Source: Mobula hypostoma (lineage: Eukaryota). Taken from it: a DNA stretch of 64,000 nt. The notes beneath the pieces were generated by a model. That model saw nothing but the letters and a program-made list of their open reading frames with translations. It had not been told where the DNA came from and made no database searches. A program made the position numbers and the translations under genes. Below, piece after piece: positions 1 through 13,044 of the stretch; the stretch's first letter is position 1; each line of letters begins with the position of its first letter. Location of the stretch: assembly GCF_963921235.1 (NCBI RefSeq), contig NC_086097.1, positions 216,878,001-216,942,000 on the forward strand. Direction: 5' to 3'.

Positions 1-672
1 GCTCCACTGCAATAGTGATACATCCAATTTTAGCTTTTCCTTCTCAAACTGCAAGGTGAATGATATTATATTATGATCACCTTCTCTGTGCTCCTTTACC
101 TTAAGCTCCCTAATCAAATCTGTGTCATTACATAATATGCAATCCAGAATTGCCATTCCCCTAGTGGGCTCAACCACAAGCTGTTCTAAAAATCTATCTC
201 ACAAACATTCTACAAGTTCCCTCTATTGGGATCCAGCACTAACTTGATTTTCCCAATCCACCTGCATATTGAAATCCACCGTGATTATTGCAATATTGCC
301 CTTTTTACATGCCTTTTCTATCTTCCATTGTAATTTATACCCCATATCCAGTTTGGAGCTCTGTAAACAAGTCCCATCAAGGTCCTTTTACCCTTGCAGT
401 TTCTTAACTATACCCACAAGGATTTTACATCTTCCGATCCTATGTCACCCCTTCCTAAGGATTTGATTTCATTTTTTACCAACAGTGTCACCCTGTTCCC
501 TGGGCCTACCACCTGTATTTTTGATACAATGTGTATCCTTGGATGCTAAGCTCCAAATTATGATCTTCTTGCACCTACTTCTCAGAGATGCCCACAATAT
601 CATACTTGGCAATCTCTAACTGCACCACAAGATCATCTAACTCCTTCTGTATACTGCGTGCATTCAAATATA
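1..672 (-). mobile_element. CR1 LINE fragment (ORF2 endonuclease region)
   Basis: The minus strand shows degenerate YLNARS and DHNII motifs and is similar to CR1 copies at 10330-11010 and 34540-35210. Confidence 0.75.
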
Positions 673-1292
673 TTTGGCCCAGGCATAGGTGACACTATAG
701 GTTGCTCTACATAAGTTATATCTGAAAATAAATGTTGACAGCGATCTCTGACCCCCCAGTGGACATGAACCTGAACCATAAAATCTTAGCTAAATTGACA
801 TTGTTGGCTGAAAGCCTGTATTAAAAGTGTGGTAAGTAAAATGCCACAGCAACACGAGCAATGATTGAGGTTACAGAAAGAATAATAATCAGAAATTAGC
901 TCACTTCTTATCAACAGTCAAGGGACCTCATGCTGTTGCTGCCACCATTAAAATCCTGAAATGAAACTACTTGCGTAACTGCACATTTGATCCGAAAGCA
1001 ATTTTCTTACTTTTTAAAGTACTAGAAACTTGTAATCAAAGATCTACCTTTTGTCATCCTTTACATTCAGTGAACTCTGCACACCCACATCAAAAGGGTA
1101 CCATAACATATGGCTTGAAATGGGGATGCATGACTTGCACAACCTAAAGTTTGTTTTATCTTTTCAGGAGAGCAATGCAATTGTAACCTTTTCTGGGTCA
1201 AATGTCACCATTCCAAAAATTTCTACTGGCATTTTCTGTCATGAATCACCCTTCTGTGTCTGACATGATTTTCATGTCCAATTTGTGTCAAA

Positions 1293-1637
1293 TAGAACAT
1301 AGAAACATAGAAAGCATACAGCACAATACAGGCCCTTCGACCCACAAAGCTGTGCTGGACATGTCTTTACCTTAGAAATCACCCAGGGTTACCCATAGCC
1401 CTCTATTTTTTAAGCTCCATGTACCTGTTCAGGAGTCTCTTAAAAGACCCTATCGTATCCGCCTCCACCCCTATCGCTGGCAGCCCATTTCACACACTCA
1501 GCACTCTCTGTGTAAAAAACTTACTCCTGACATCTCCTCTGTACCTACTTTCAAGCACCTTAAAACTGTGCCATCTCGTGTTAGCCATTTCAGCCCTGGG
1601 AAAAAACCTCTGACCATCCACACAATCAATGCCTCAA
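1293..1637 (-). mobile_element. CR1 LINE 3' end
   Basis: (ATAGAAAC)n is the reverse of the (TTCTATG)n CR1 tail, followed by ORF2 C-terminal sequence. Closely similar copy at 41690-42030. Confidence 0.85.
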
Positions 1638-2127
1638 TGTAATACTTCTTGAAATTCTCCCTTTGACGTGTTACTCAGGAAATCAATGTACTTTAACCTG
1701 GAGAATGTGGATTGACACTCAGTTTAAGCATATTTTAATGATGCAAATCCAAGCCATCCACTCCCTCCCTCCGACTCTGTCCCAGGCACAGTTAAATCCT
1801 ATTGAATCACATTTTCTCTTCAGTCCCCTACAACTTTATCAACAATACAAAAATTTTATCCCATTGATTGGCCCAGGCCCTGAACCCCGATTCTTCATCC
1901 CCCCCCACCATATTTTCCTTCACCTGTTCCACATTGACCCTTTTAAAGTACATATTCTTTGTACCATTGTGGAAATACCACTTCCATCAGATCATTGTAA
2001 TACTAATAATTTTCATTTAGAACATCGAACAGCATGCGAACAGGCCCTTCAGTCCACAATGCTGTGCAGAGCGAAGTTAAGCTAGTAATTAATGGCCTGT
2101 CTAAATTAATCTGATCTGCCTACATAA

Positions 2128-2905
2128 TCAAAGGTTTCAATGTCAGAGATTTAATGTCAGAGAAATGTTTACAATATCCATCCTGAAATGCTTTTTCTTC
2201 GCAACCATCCATGGTAACAGAAGAGTGCCCCCAAAGAATGAATGAGTTAGAACCCCAAAGTCCCCCCCAGCTCCCCTCCCTCCCACGTGTAAGCAGCAGC
2301 AAAACAATGATTCTCCCCTCCCCCACCAGCAAAAAAAAGCATCGGCACCCACCACCAAGCACTGAAGCGTGCAGCAAAGCAACAGCAAAGACACAGACTT
2401 GCAGTACCCTAAAGACTACTCCTTCACCCAGTATTCGACATACCACAGGCTCCCTTTCTCCCTAATAAGGGAAAAAGAGATGTCTCCGTTTCACAGCGAG
2501 GGTTCATTACAATGTTAAAAGTCCATTGCGTCACTTTTTCCGAGCTCTATGCCCAGTGGCCTCGGGTCTCTGGGCACACAAGCAGAGATCTTCCATCTCC
2601 CACAACACACCGATTTCCTGCCAGGACACTGACCTTCAGTCCACCCGTCTCCAGAGCCACGAGATCCCAGAACTCCGAAGGCGAGCTGATCTCTTAGGCC
2701 ACAACACTGGCATATTGAATAACGGACAGTTGTGAAACCCTGAGAGTGGGTCCCATTCCCGCAAATAACCAAAGTCAGTGTGTAACTCCAGGTCGGGGTC
2801 TTCAAAGGAACCCTGAAAGGGAAAATTATAGATATTAAAGATGCAAATAAAGCTGTTTCCGAAAATGCAGGCAAAGGAGTCGCTGTTAGGTGCCATTGTC
2901 TCTTC
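2128..2905 (-). mobile_element. Non-autonomous interspersed repeat inserted in a CR1 3' end
   Basis: CR1 tail sequence at 2017-2125 resumes at ~2905. Related sequence occurs at 19175-19700 and, in opposite orientation, at ~28945-29605. Confidence 0.6.
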
Positions 2906-4679
2906 CTAATGTCCATATACTTCCATTCACCTGTTTTTCCAAAAGCCTTTTAAACACCTCTATTTTTTTTTTGCCTGCATACTACACTGCAGTGCATTCC
3001 AGGCACCCACCACTCTGTTTAAAAAAAACTTGCCCCACATATATCTTTTGAATTTACTCTCTCTCATCTTACATGCAAGCACCCTAGTATTAGAGGTATA
3101 AAGGAATTGAAACATTTCAAGTTGGGAGTGTGCACCTTGAGGAACCAATCACTGTGTATAAATGCAATGATGAGTTCCAGACTAGTTGTGTGCACTGCTC
3201 CAATGGACAGCAGCCTTTGTTTCCACAACTGCACTTAGTGATTTTAGAGTCCGTCACTGCTTCTAATTTTCAATGGAAGTAGTTTGACATTACCATTCCA
3301 TTTTAGCTATTTAAAGGTTTCACTGTCTTAACATATTTGTTAACACAGAACATTATTATTTTAGAACATTATTCAGCATATTTTTGTTAAATTGGGGTGA
3401 GATATATTTGGGACTAACAACAGAGCTATGGATGGTAGTGAACCCAAGTGCAGATCAAGGTCCAGAATTAACTCAGATTTGAAATAAACACGAGAACGCA
3501 AACAAAATCCAAAGACAGAATCACAAAGACTCACACTGGAAATGGAACTTCTACAATTGAGCACCAAGTGCTCAGCATGAGGGCTGTAAGTACAGACTTT
3601 CAACAGAGGAATACGGCAGGCAAGAATTGACAGTCTGAGTCTTAAAGGGACAGTGGCAGCTCACCACAGCCCGGGAAATTGGAGGCCGAAACTTGGATAC
3701 CAGCCACTGTTCAGACAGGACCATGACAGCTACAAGTGAGAGGGGCTTCTTATGTTTTCTATCTGTGGAATTACTATGCCCTGTCTCTTGCAGATAAAAA
3801 GGATAAAGCATAATTCATGCTTGGGAGATAGAATTTAAGCTCTTCTTTAAAACCAAATGTTGGCATCTGATCCTTCAAAGACATTTCCCTTTCAAAACTA
3901 GAATATCAAAATAAATAATTTATCTCATCAACCTAACTTTGCAGGAGAGGGGTACTGATGCTAACATGTTTGGCAGCAAATCGAAAACTTAGAAATGCAC
4001 TTTTCATATTTTTATAATTTGTTATAGCAGATGTTTGTCAGCATGAGGACCTTTTGAATAATAGTACCATCAAGTTAATGCTTTTGTTTGATTCTGGGTA
4101 TACTGCACATGTTATGGTAGTTAGGATAACCAAAACGTTCCCTTACGGAATTCACAAATCACTTCCAAAAAGTCTGAGACATGCAACAAAAATTTACCCT
4201 AACAAAATTTATGTGAAAAAGTAATAAGCACATTTTTTTTCAACTGGTATTTCCGGACACATGCAGATGTTGTGGCTGGGCATAATGGAAAATCACTAAT
4301 TGACTATTTGCTAAGAACACAACTCCCCCCAGAACCCATCCAATCCCCCAAGGTGGGTGTCACCTATATTGCATTAATAAATACAATTATCACATATCTA
4401 TGAAAATCGCCAAGCCCTAGACATTAGATCAAGTCCAGTTAGAAAATTAAATTTTTAAAAATGACATTTTGTTCCTGGCTGAGCCAAATAATCCAGGCCT
4501 TTAAATGAATGTTTAAGGGTGGTTCATACACTGTATATTTCTCTCATGTATCAATAATGACAAATAATACCAAAGAAATTGTTAGCAATTTCATATTTTC
4601 TTTTGCATAGACATTATTATTTAAATGAATTGAAGGAAAAATATTCCTTCTACAAGCACCTTTTCCCTGGATTTCGTTA

Positions 4680-5220
4680 ATCAGCCTGATTGGCTGGAGA
4701 ACTACGCAACGCCTATCAGCCAGCAGTGGGTGAAACACAATATCACTTTTCAGTCCCATTGGTTTCCAGGTAGACTATGATGATAAATATTTTATTCATT
4801 CTGTCCTAGGTTTTATGACTGGAGGGCCAATCAAACACCTGCTTGAACAAAATAGGCAATACAATCCAAGTGACCTGCTTACCTCTTTACTGAGATCTGA
4901 GAGCAGCCGCTGTATCTTCAAAGCAGGTAGACAATATATAGCACATCTTGTTTGGTCTTATATTCTGTAGGATGTTCTATAAAAGTATTTAAAACATATT
5001 TTTACCGCCGTACTCTAAATATTACATCTGTTCGTGTAATGTCACTGGAAGGTAGCGGAGAAAGCAAATATGTGACTATTCGTTAGTTGCAGCTGGCTCT
5101 GCGGGAGATTGGTTACATCAACTGATGAATGGTTTGTAAGCGCAAGGTTCATTTTGACAATTGTTTGTGGAGATATTGCTTGTAATCATAATGAATTTTT
5201 ACCTGAGGTACGACTTGACA
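4680..5220. promoter_or_regulatory. Candidate CCAAT (NF-Y)-box promoter region
   Basis: CTGATTGGCT (~4686), CCATTGGT (~4757), GGCCAATCA (~4826) and GATTGGTT (~5107) cluster in repeat-free sequence with some CpGs. A link to DNAJC5B is only inferred. Confidence 0.3.
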
Positions 5221-5867
5221 GCATAAAATTGTCTCTTGTGAATCATAAGAATGTATTGCTCTGAAATAGCTTTGTGTTAGGACTAATATCACACTTTCCT
5301 TGTACCTTTATATCAACAGTGAATCATCTTTGACATGCTGGCCATGACTAAGTGGATGTGCAATTCATAGGAATTGGCTCATGGTGCAAATGTTCCTTAT
5401 TTTTCAGGATCAAATTGATTTAAATAGTCTGAGATACTTATATTTGATTCTATTTGGACTTGAGTCCCTGTTGGAATATTTTGTTTCCAGCAGCTAGTGG
5501 AGTAAGAAGTGGAAATCCTAATACGTAAGGTAATACGGTAGACCTGCGAAGAAGGGAACTACGGTCTCAACTGCTGAAGTGAAAGGTTGCTTACCTCAGC
5601 TTATTTTTAATAGATCCTTGCTTCTGAATATGGCCACAATGTCATTGTTTTGTAGCTTGTTCCTTTACCCCACCCCCTCGGCTTTACCACAGTAATTTAT
5701 TAATTGATTTCACTGATTTCTTTCCCTAAATTTGTAGACCTTGTGTTCTTTATAGTCACATTTACTTTGAGTTTATTTTTGATCAGTCAATACTTTTCAC
5801 AATTTCACAGCTACTTAACTAATTTTCATGTTGCCTACAGTTACCAGATCTGCAGTTTAATCTCTTG

Positions 5868-6092
5868 TAAACACCAGAAAATCTGCAGATGCTAGTAATC
5901 CAAAGCAACAAGCACAAAATGCTGGAGGAACTCAGCAGGCCAGGCAGCATCTATGCAAAGGAGTAAACAGTTGACGTTTTGGGCCGAGACCCTTCATTAG
6001 GACCAAAGAAGGGTCTCTGTCCAAAACCTCAACTGTACTCTTTTCCATAGATGTTGCCTGACCCGAGTTCCTCCAGCATTTTGGGTGTGCTG
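5868..6092. mobile_element. Palindromic Penelope-like terminal repeat derivative (degenerate hammerhead motifs)
   Basis: Inverted arms AAAATGCTGGAGGAACTCAGCAGGCCAGGCAGCATCTATG... / ...CATAGATGTTGCCTGACCCGAGTTCCTCCAGCATTTT. The minus-strand centre reads GTC CTAATGA AGGGTCTCGGCCC AAAAC GTC AACTG. Confidence 0.7.
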
Positions 6093-6974
6093 TTTAATTT
6101 CTCATGTTGGCTTACACAATCTAGGCACTTGACTCATTTCTGCTCCATTTATCTATATTGGACAAAACTATCTTGTGAATTCTTTTTGTGTGAGATGTGT
6201 ATTCAGAACCTATCATTACAGCAAGGATATAAACATTGCTGTAAATGGCCTCAATCACATAGGCTTCAGAGTACATTTTGTACAGAATTATATTCTGCAG
6301 GACATCTTTGTCTGTTTTGTGTCAGAGTTACTTTGCTTCCTAACTGCGTTAATAACAAGTGAAGAAATTTTTTTGGCAATCATAAATGACACCTACTGCA
6401 GCACTGTACTTGTGACCATTTGTACTGATGGTTTTGTTCATTATTCTAAATATTTTATAAATTCTAATATAGGTTCTTCTGATCCCTATGCAGACTCACT
6501 GAACATGAAATGTGGCCTTTGTCTGTCTTCTCTAAAGCTGACACTCACATTTTGTTTTCTGACCCACTCTTGGTTTCACAGAATAAACGATGAATAGGTT
6601 GGGCCTGGTGTCAGGAAAGCATTCCGAATTGGTGTTACTAGGCAACAACTTTGTGTGTGCACTGTGAGAAAATGAGGGGGATATTGGGGAGATAGAGAGA
6701 AAATAAGGGGGGGGGATCATAAGAAAAATTAAGGACAGTCTGGAGGTCAGTCGGGTGAGAAGGTTGTTAATGGGATAAACAAAGCAGCCAAAAATTTTCA
6801 CCAATATTGTTTTGCTCTGAGTTAAGCCAATATTCAATGGCACAACATCCTTTCTTTTCAAAATGTGTAAAAGAATTTTGAGGACAGTGTGTCCATACTG
6901 ATTGTAGTTGATCTTGTGTATTTCCCCCACTAAAGGATTTTGTGGAAACACAGACCACAGAACTGCTTTGTAAT

Positions 6975-8126
6975 GGATGAAGCACACGGTATTGTGGGTA
7001 AGGTATTGGTGTGGGTGGAGAATTGGTTAGCAGACAGGAAGCAAAGAGTGGGAATAAATGGGACCTTTTCAGAATGGCAGGCAGTGACTAGTGGGGTACC
7101 GCAAGGCTCAGTGCTGGGACCCCAGTTGTTTACAATATATATTAATGACTTGGATGAGGGAATTAAATACAACATCTCCAAGTTTGCGGATGACACGAAG
7201 CTGGGTGGCAGCGTTAGCTGTGAGGAGGATGCTAAGAGGATGCAGGGTGACTTGGATAGGTTGGGTGAGTGGGCAAATCCATGGCAGATGCAATTTAATG
7301 TGGATAAATGTGAAGTTATCCACTTTGGTGGCAAAAATAGGAAAACAGATTATTATCTGAATGGTGGCCGATTAGGAAAAGGGGAGGTGCAACGAGACCT
7401 GGGTGTCATTATACACCAGTCATTGAAAGTGGGCATGCAGGTACAGCAGGCAGTGAAAAAGGCGAATGGTATGCTGGCATTTATAGCGAGAGGATTCGAG
7501 TACAGGAGCAGGGAGGTTCTACTGCAGTTGTACAAGGCCTTGGTGAGACCACAACTGGAGTATTGTGTGCAGTTTTGGTCCCCTAATCTGAGGAAAGACA
7601 TCCTTGCCATAGAGGGATTACAAAGAAGGTTCACCAGATTGATTCCTGGGATGGCAGGACTTTCATATGAAGAAAGACTGGATGAACTAGGCTTGTACTC
7701 GTTGGAATTTAGAAGATTGAGGGGGGATCTGATTGAAACGTATAAAATCCTAAAGGGATTGGACAGGCTAGATGCAGGAAGATTGTTCCCGATGTTGGGG
7801 AAGTCCAGAACGAGGGGTCACAGTTTGAGGATAAAGGCGAAGCCTTTTAGGACTGAGATTAGGAAAAACTTCTTCACACAGAGAGTAGTGAATCTGTGGA
7901 ATTCTCTGCCACAGGAAACAGTTGAGGCCAGTTCACTGGCTATATTTAAGAGGGAGTTAGATATGGCCCTTGTGGCTACGGGGATCAGGGGGTATGGAGG
8001 GAAGGCTGGGGCAGGGTTCTGAGTTGGATGATCAGCCATGATCATAATAAATGACGGTGCAGGCTCGAAGGGCCGAATGGCCTACTCCTGCACCTATTTT
8101 CTATGTTTTCTATGTTTTCTATGTTC
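6975..8126 (+). mobile_element. Young 5'-truncated CR1 LINE with uninterrupted RT C-terminal ORF
   Basis: The 360-aa ORF 6940-8022 has GVPQGSVLGP, KFADDTK and YKALVRPQLEYCVQFW, then a 3' UTR and (TTCTATGT)n tail. Confidence 0.95.
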
Positions 8127-8571
8127 CCATTTCTTCACCATCCTTTGTCACTCCAGTCAAACCATTCCATTCTACTTCCTCTCATTGCCCGTGATTCACA
8201 GATTCCCATTCTTTAAATTCTCCAACCACACTTGCAAAAAGGACAGGGGTGGGAAAAGCTGGAATAGGGAATCAGAAATCGGAGCTTGGGGAACAAATTG
8301 AGCATAGTGCCCCTTGTCACTTTGCTATTCATTTTGGAGGTTTCACCCTGTTATCCCTCACCTTGAAAGAAAGAGGTGAAGGAAAGTAGACAGAAAATGC
8401 ATTGGAATTTAGCACAAAGTAACCATAAGAAAAAAATAAAGCACAACAGACACATCACCCAGAGGAGATTTACAAGCAGATGAAGAACTGGCGTAAAATT
8501 AGCACAGAATGACAACAGGTAGACATTTGCTCAATTTTTTTCAGAACCACACCATAGAAAGTCAGATACCT

Positions 8572-9435
8572 ACATAGAACATTGAACAGTACAGCACAGG
8601 AACACGACCATCAGCCCACGATGTTGTGCAAACCAATTAAATTATTAATCAAGTGGCCAACTAAACTAATCCCTTCTGCCTACAGAATGTTGCTATCCTT
8701 TCATTTCTCTCACATTCATGTATCTATCCAAATGTTTCTTAAAAGTCCCTAATGTATCTGCCTCGACCACCAACCCAGGCAGCGCATTTGAGGCACCCAA
8801 GACTCTGTCTAAAAGAAACCTGCCTCTCAGATCTCCTTTGAACTTACCACCTCTCACTTTAAATGCATACTTCCCGGTATTAAACATGTCATCCCTGGGA
8901 AAAAGATACTGTCTGTCTACTCTATCTATGCCTCTCATAATCTTATAAGCTTCTATCAGAACTCCACTCAGTCGACGTTTCGGGCCGAAGGGTCCTGCCG
9001 AAGGGTTTCAGCCCGAGACATCGACTGTACTCTTTTCCATAGATACTGCCCGGCCTGCTGAGTTCCTCTAGCATCCTGTGTGTGTTGCTCGGATTTCCAG
9101 CATCTACAGATTTCCTCTTGTTTGTGATTGGAAACCTCCCCAAAGCCTTGACATCCTTCCTCTAATGGGGTGACCAGAACTGTATGCAATACTCCAGATG
9201 GTGCAGTTTTATAAAGCTGCAACATAACTGCCTGAATTTTGAACTCAATCCTTGACCAATAAAGGCAAGCATGCCATTTGCTTTCTTAACCACCCCATCA
9301 ACCCGTGTAGCCACTTTCAACAGCTATGAACTTGGACACCAAGGCCCCCCTGCTCATCAATACTGTGATGGGTCTTGCCCTTAATAGTGTATTGTCTCAT
9401 TACATTTGACCTACCAAGGTGCAACACTTCACATT
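8572..9435 (-). mobile_element. CR1 LINE 3' fragment interrupted by a Penelope-like palindrome
   Basis: Minus-strand ORF remnants MRGIDRVDRQYLFP and MLQLYKT, with an insertion at ~8969-9130. Confidence 0.85.
8969..9130. mobile_element. Penelope-like terminal repeat derivative
   Basis: CAGTCGACGTTTCGGGCCGA followed by GTCCTGCCGAAGGGTTTCAGCCCGAGACATCGACTG...CTGCTGAGTTCCTCTAGCAT. Same family as 5868 and 51103. Confidence 0.7.
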
Positions 9436-9436
9436 T

Positions 9437-11796
9437 AGACCACAAGACCATAAGATATAGGAGCAGAATTAGGCCGGTTGGCCCATCAAATCAGCTCCAT
9501 TATGGCTGATCCAATTTTCCTCTCAGCCCCAATCTCCTGCATTCTCCCCATATCCCTTCGTACTCTGACCAATCAAGAATCTATCAACCTCTGCCTTAAA
9601 TATACATAAAGACTTGGCCTCCACAAGTGGCTGTGGCAAAGAATTCCACAGATTTGCTGCTCTCTGGTTTAAGAAATTCATCCTTATCTCCATAATAAAA
9701 GGACACCCCTCTATTCTGAGGCTCTGTCCTCTGGTCTTAGACTCTCCCACCAGAGGAAACATCCTGTTCACATCCACTCTATCAAGGCCTTTCACCATTT
9801 GATAGGTTTCAACAAGGTTACCCCTCATTCTTCCAGATTCTAGTGAATACAGGCCCAGAGCCATCAAACACTCTCCATATAACAAGCTGGTCAAACCTGG
9901 AATCATTATTATGAACCTCCTTTAAACCTCTCCAGTTTCAGCACATTCTTTCAGCCCAAACCAGATTACAATACTCCCTACAAGACCTTCGGAAAATCCA
10001 AGTACACAGCATCAACCAATTTTCCTTTGCCTATCTTTCTCATTACTTCTTCAAAGAATTGTCAGGCAAGATTTTCCCTTGAGGAAGCCATGCTGACTAC
10101 AGCCTATCTTATCATGTGCCTCCAAGTACCCTAAGATTACATCCTTAATAGCTGACTTCAACATCATCCCAACCATTGAGGTCTGACTAACTGGCCCATA
10201 GTTTCCTTTCTTTTGCCTCTCTCCCTTCTTTAAGAGTGAAGTGACATCTGTAATTTTCTGGTCCAGAAATTCCAGCCATTGCTGCTCTGCCATCATCCGT
10301 GACAGTGTTCTTTTCCAGTCAATTCTGGCCAACTCCTCTCTCATGCATCTGTAATTCCCTTTACTCTATTGAAATACAGATACATCTGACATTAGCTTCT
10401 CCTTCTCAAATTTCAAGATGAATTTGATCATATTATGATCACTTTCCCCTAGGGGTTCTTTTACCTTAACCTGTTTAAGGTAATTCTGGTCATTCACAAC
10501 ACCTAATCCAGAATAGCTGATCCTTTAGTGGGCTCAGCCATGAGCTGCTCTAAAAAGCCATCTCATAGGCACTCTAGAAATTCCCCCTCCTGGAATCCAG
10601 CACCAACCTGATTTTCCCCAATCTACCTGCATACTGAATTCCCCTATGACTATTGTAATTTTGGCCTTTCGACATGCACTTTCTATCTCCCATAGCAATT
10701 TGTAGGCCACATCCTTTCTACTGTTTGGGGTCTGTATACAACTCCCATCAGGGTACTTTTACCCTTGCAATTCCATAGCTCTACCCACAACGATTCAACA
10801 CTTTCTGACCATATGTCACCCCTTTCTCAAGACTTGATTTCATTTTTCACCAACAGAGCAACACTCTGCCTTCCTGCCTGTCCTTTCAATACAATGTGTA
10901 TCCTTGGACATTGAACTCCCAGCTATAATATTTCAGCCATAATTCAGTGATGCCTTGAAACTGTGCTGCAAATTCATCTACCTTATTCTGTACACTGCAC
11001 ACATTCAGATACAATATTTTCACTCCTGTATTCACCCTTTTCGATTTTCTACACTTTTTTACTTTGCAACTCGTCCTGTTTGCTGCAATTTTGCCCTATC
11101 AACAGCCTCTCCTCACTACACATTGCCTCTGTAAACCAGCTACCTCATCTTCAGCTCTACTATCCGCCTTTCCTACTATACTTCTTGCATTTAAATACAG
11201 GTAGCTCAGGACACTAGTCACACCATGCTCAACCTTTTGATTCCTAACTTTGCCAGAGGTCTTACCAACATCTGTGCCCACAACCTCTCCACTAACTGTC
11301 TCCACTGTACTCTGGTTCCCATCCCCCTGTAACTCTAGTTTAAACCCCACCATGCAATATTAACAAACCTTCCCACTAGGATATTGGTCCTCCTCAAGTT
11401 CAGGTGCAAATCGTCCCCTCCGAACAGGTCCCACCTTCCCTGGAAGAGAGGCCAATGATCCAAAACTCTTATGGCCTCCCACCTACACTAACTCATTTGC
11501 CACATATTAAACTGTATAATCTTCCTAGTTCTGGCCTCACTAGCACATGGCATGGGTAGCAATCCTGAGATCACAACCCTGGAGGTCCTGTCCTTTAACT
11601 TAGCACCTAACTCCCTATGCAGAACCTCATCACTTGTCGTACCCATATGATTGGTACCTGCATGGACCACAACTTCTGGCTGTTCACTTAATGCTGAGAA
11701 CTCGACCTGAGATATCCCAGACCCTGGCACCGAGAAGACAACATTACCATCCAGGAATCTCATTCTTGCCAATAGAACCTCCTGTCCATTTCCCTA

Positions 11797-11857
<61 letters not shown>

Positions 11858-12960
11858 CCTCTGTCGGTCGTGGTTGGCCATGGGTACTGTGCCTATGGTA
11901 ACAAAGCTGGAGTGGCCTCTCCAGGACGCAAGCCAGGGCAGAGTTGATATGGAGATCCATCTGTTGCCCGTGCAGTGGGAGCCCCCCTCTCCATGCTGAT
12001 GACACGTCCAAAGGAACGACGGAAGTTGATACAGTTTGGTGCCAGCAGCATCGCAGGAGTTGCCGTGCCGGTACTGGGTACAGCAGTCAGCCGCCTTCAG
12101 GACTCAGACTCCGGGTTTACTCCCAAAGCCTTTCCCGTGAGCGGGTATAGCCCCAAGGCAGCGGAGGTTTGAAATCGGAGTTTTCCCTCTCCTAGATGAG
12201 CTACCATCCGTGGTTAACGAGCCCCATCTGCCTGGTCCCCTAACTAACGTATCTCCTATTACCACAATGTGCTTCTTCTTCCCCCCCACCAACTTCCCTT
12301 CTGAGTTACAGAAGCAGACTCAATCCAGAGACCTGACCACCGTGACCTTCCTCTCTTAGGTCAACCCCTCCCAACTGTATCCAAAGTGATATACCTGTTA
12401 TTGAGGAGAATAGCCACAGGGGTACTCTGTACTGACTCCTTAACCCCTTTCCCCTTCCTAACTGTCACAGGTTCCTGTGTCCTGCACCTTGGGTGTAACT
12501 ACCTCTCGATATGTCCTATCTATTACTCCTTCAGCCTCCCAAATGATCTGGAGTTCATCCAGTTCCAGTTCCAACACCTTAATGTAGTTTGTTCAAAGCT
12601 GCAGCTGGATGCATTTCTCACAGTTGTAGTCATCAGGGACACTGGAGGTCTCTTTGCCTGCCCACATCTCACAAGAGGAGCATTTCACTATCCTGCCTGT
12701 CATGCCTACTGTCCTAGCAGAGCAGATATAAAGAGAAGGAAAAGCTTGCTTCCTTTGCTTTCTCTGAGTGAAGCCTCTCTTTGCTGAAGCCTCAAAGAGC
12801 TAAAGCCTTAAGATCACCACTCTAGCTATGTCAACTCAGACGACGGCTGCTGCGATGACGGCCACTGCGCTTGCCCCTGCCTTCTTTTACTTTGATCTTA
12901 CTCATCAATCCCAAACGCCGATTGGTCACTGTTCAAAGTTCCATTACGTTGCTGCAACCC
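9437..12960 (-). mobile_element. Degenerate, internally deleted CR1 LINE (ORF1 esterase plus ORF2 remnants)
   Basis: RT C-terminus (9523-9906), GNYGPVS/SQHGFLKGKSCLT (10051-10344), YLNARS (~11200), ORF1 SGNH/GDSL-like PEVVVHAGTN...RVVISGLLP (11488-11772) and VVIGDTLVRG (~12260). Confidence 0.85.
11801..12235 (-). mobile_element. Short RTE-related non-autonomous retroelement with (CA)n tail
   Basis: The minus strand begins GGCAGATGGGGCTCG...TCTAGGAGAGGGAAAACTCCGATTTCAAACC (RTE 5' UTR-like) and ends in (CA)n, seen as (TG)n at 11801-11855. Flanked by duplicated CCCTAACT (11792-11799, 12238-12245). Confidence 0.6.
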
Positions 12961-13044
12961 AATCCTGTCGTTTACCCTTGGACAGTGGACCTGGTTGACA
13001 TCCCCTCCTCTCCAAACTTCTGATATCTGGGTTGGCCGTTGGAC

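Noticed and set aside
3140..3180. CCAAT + TATAAA pair and an ATGATGA C-box-like motif
   Set aside because: The spacing is too tight for a typical promoter and there is no matching D box or terminal stem, so it is likely chance.
6940..8022. 360-aa ORF as a host gene
   Set aside because: It is the RT C-terminal part of a 5'-truncated CR1. The start is a non-ATG codon in flanking DNA.
11634..12011. ORFs with poly-CV / poly-HT runs
   Set aside because: Translation of the (TG)n tail of a retroelement.
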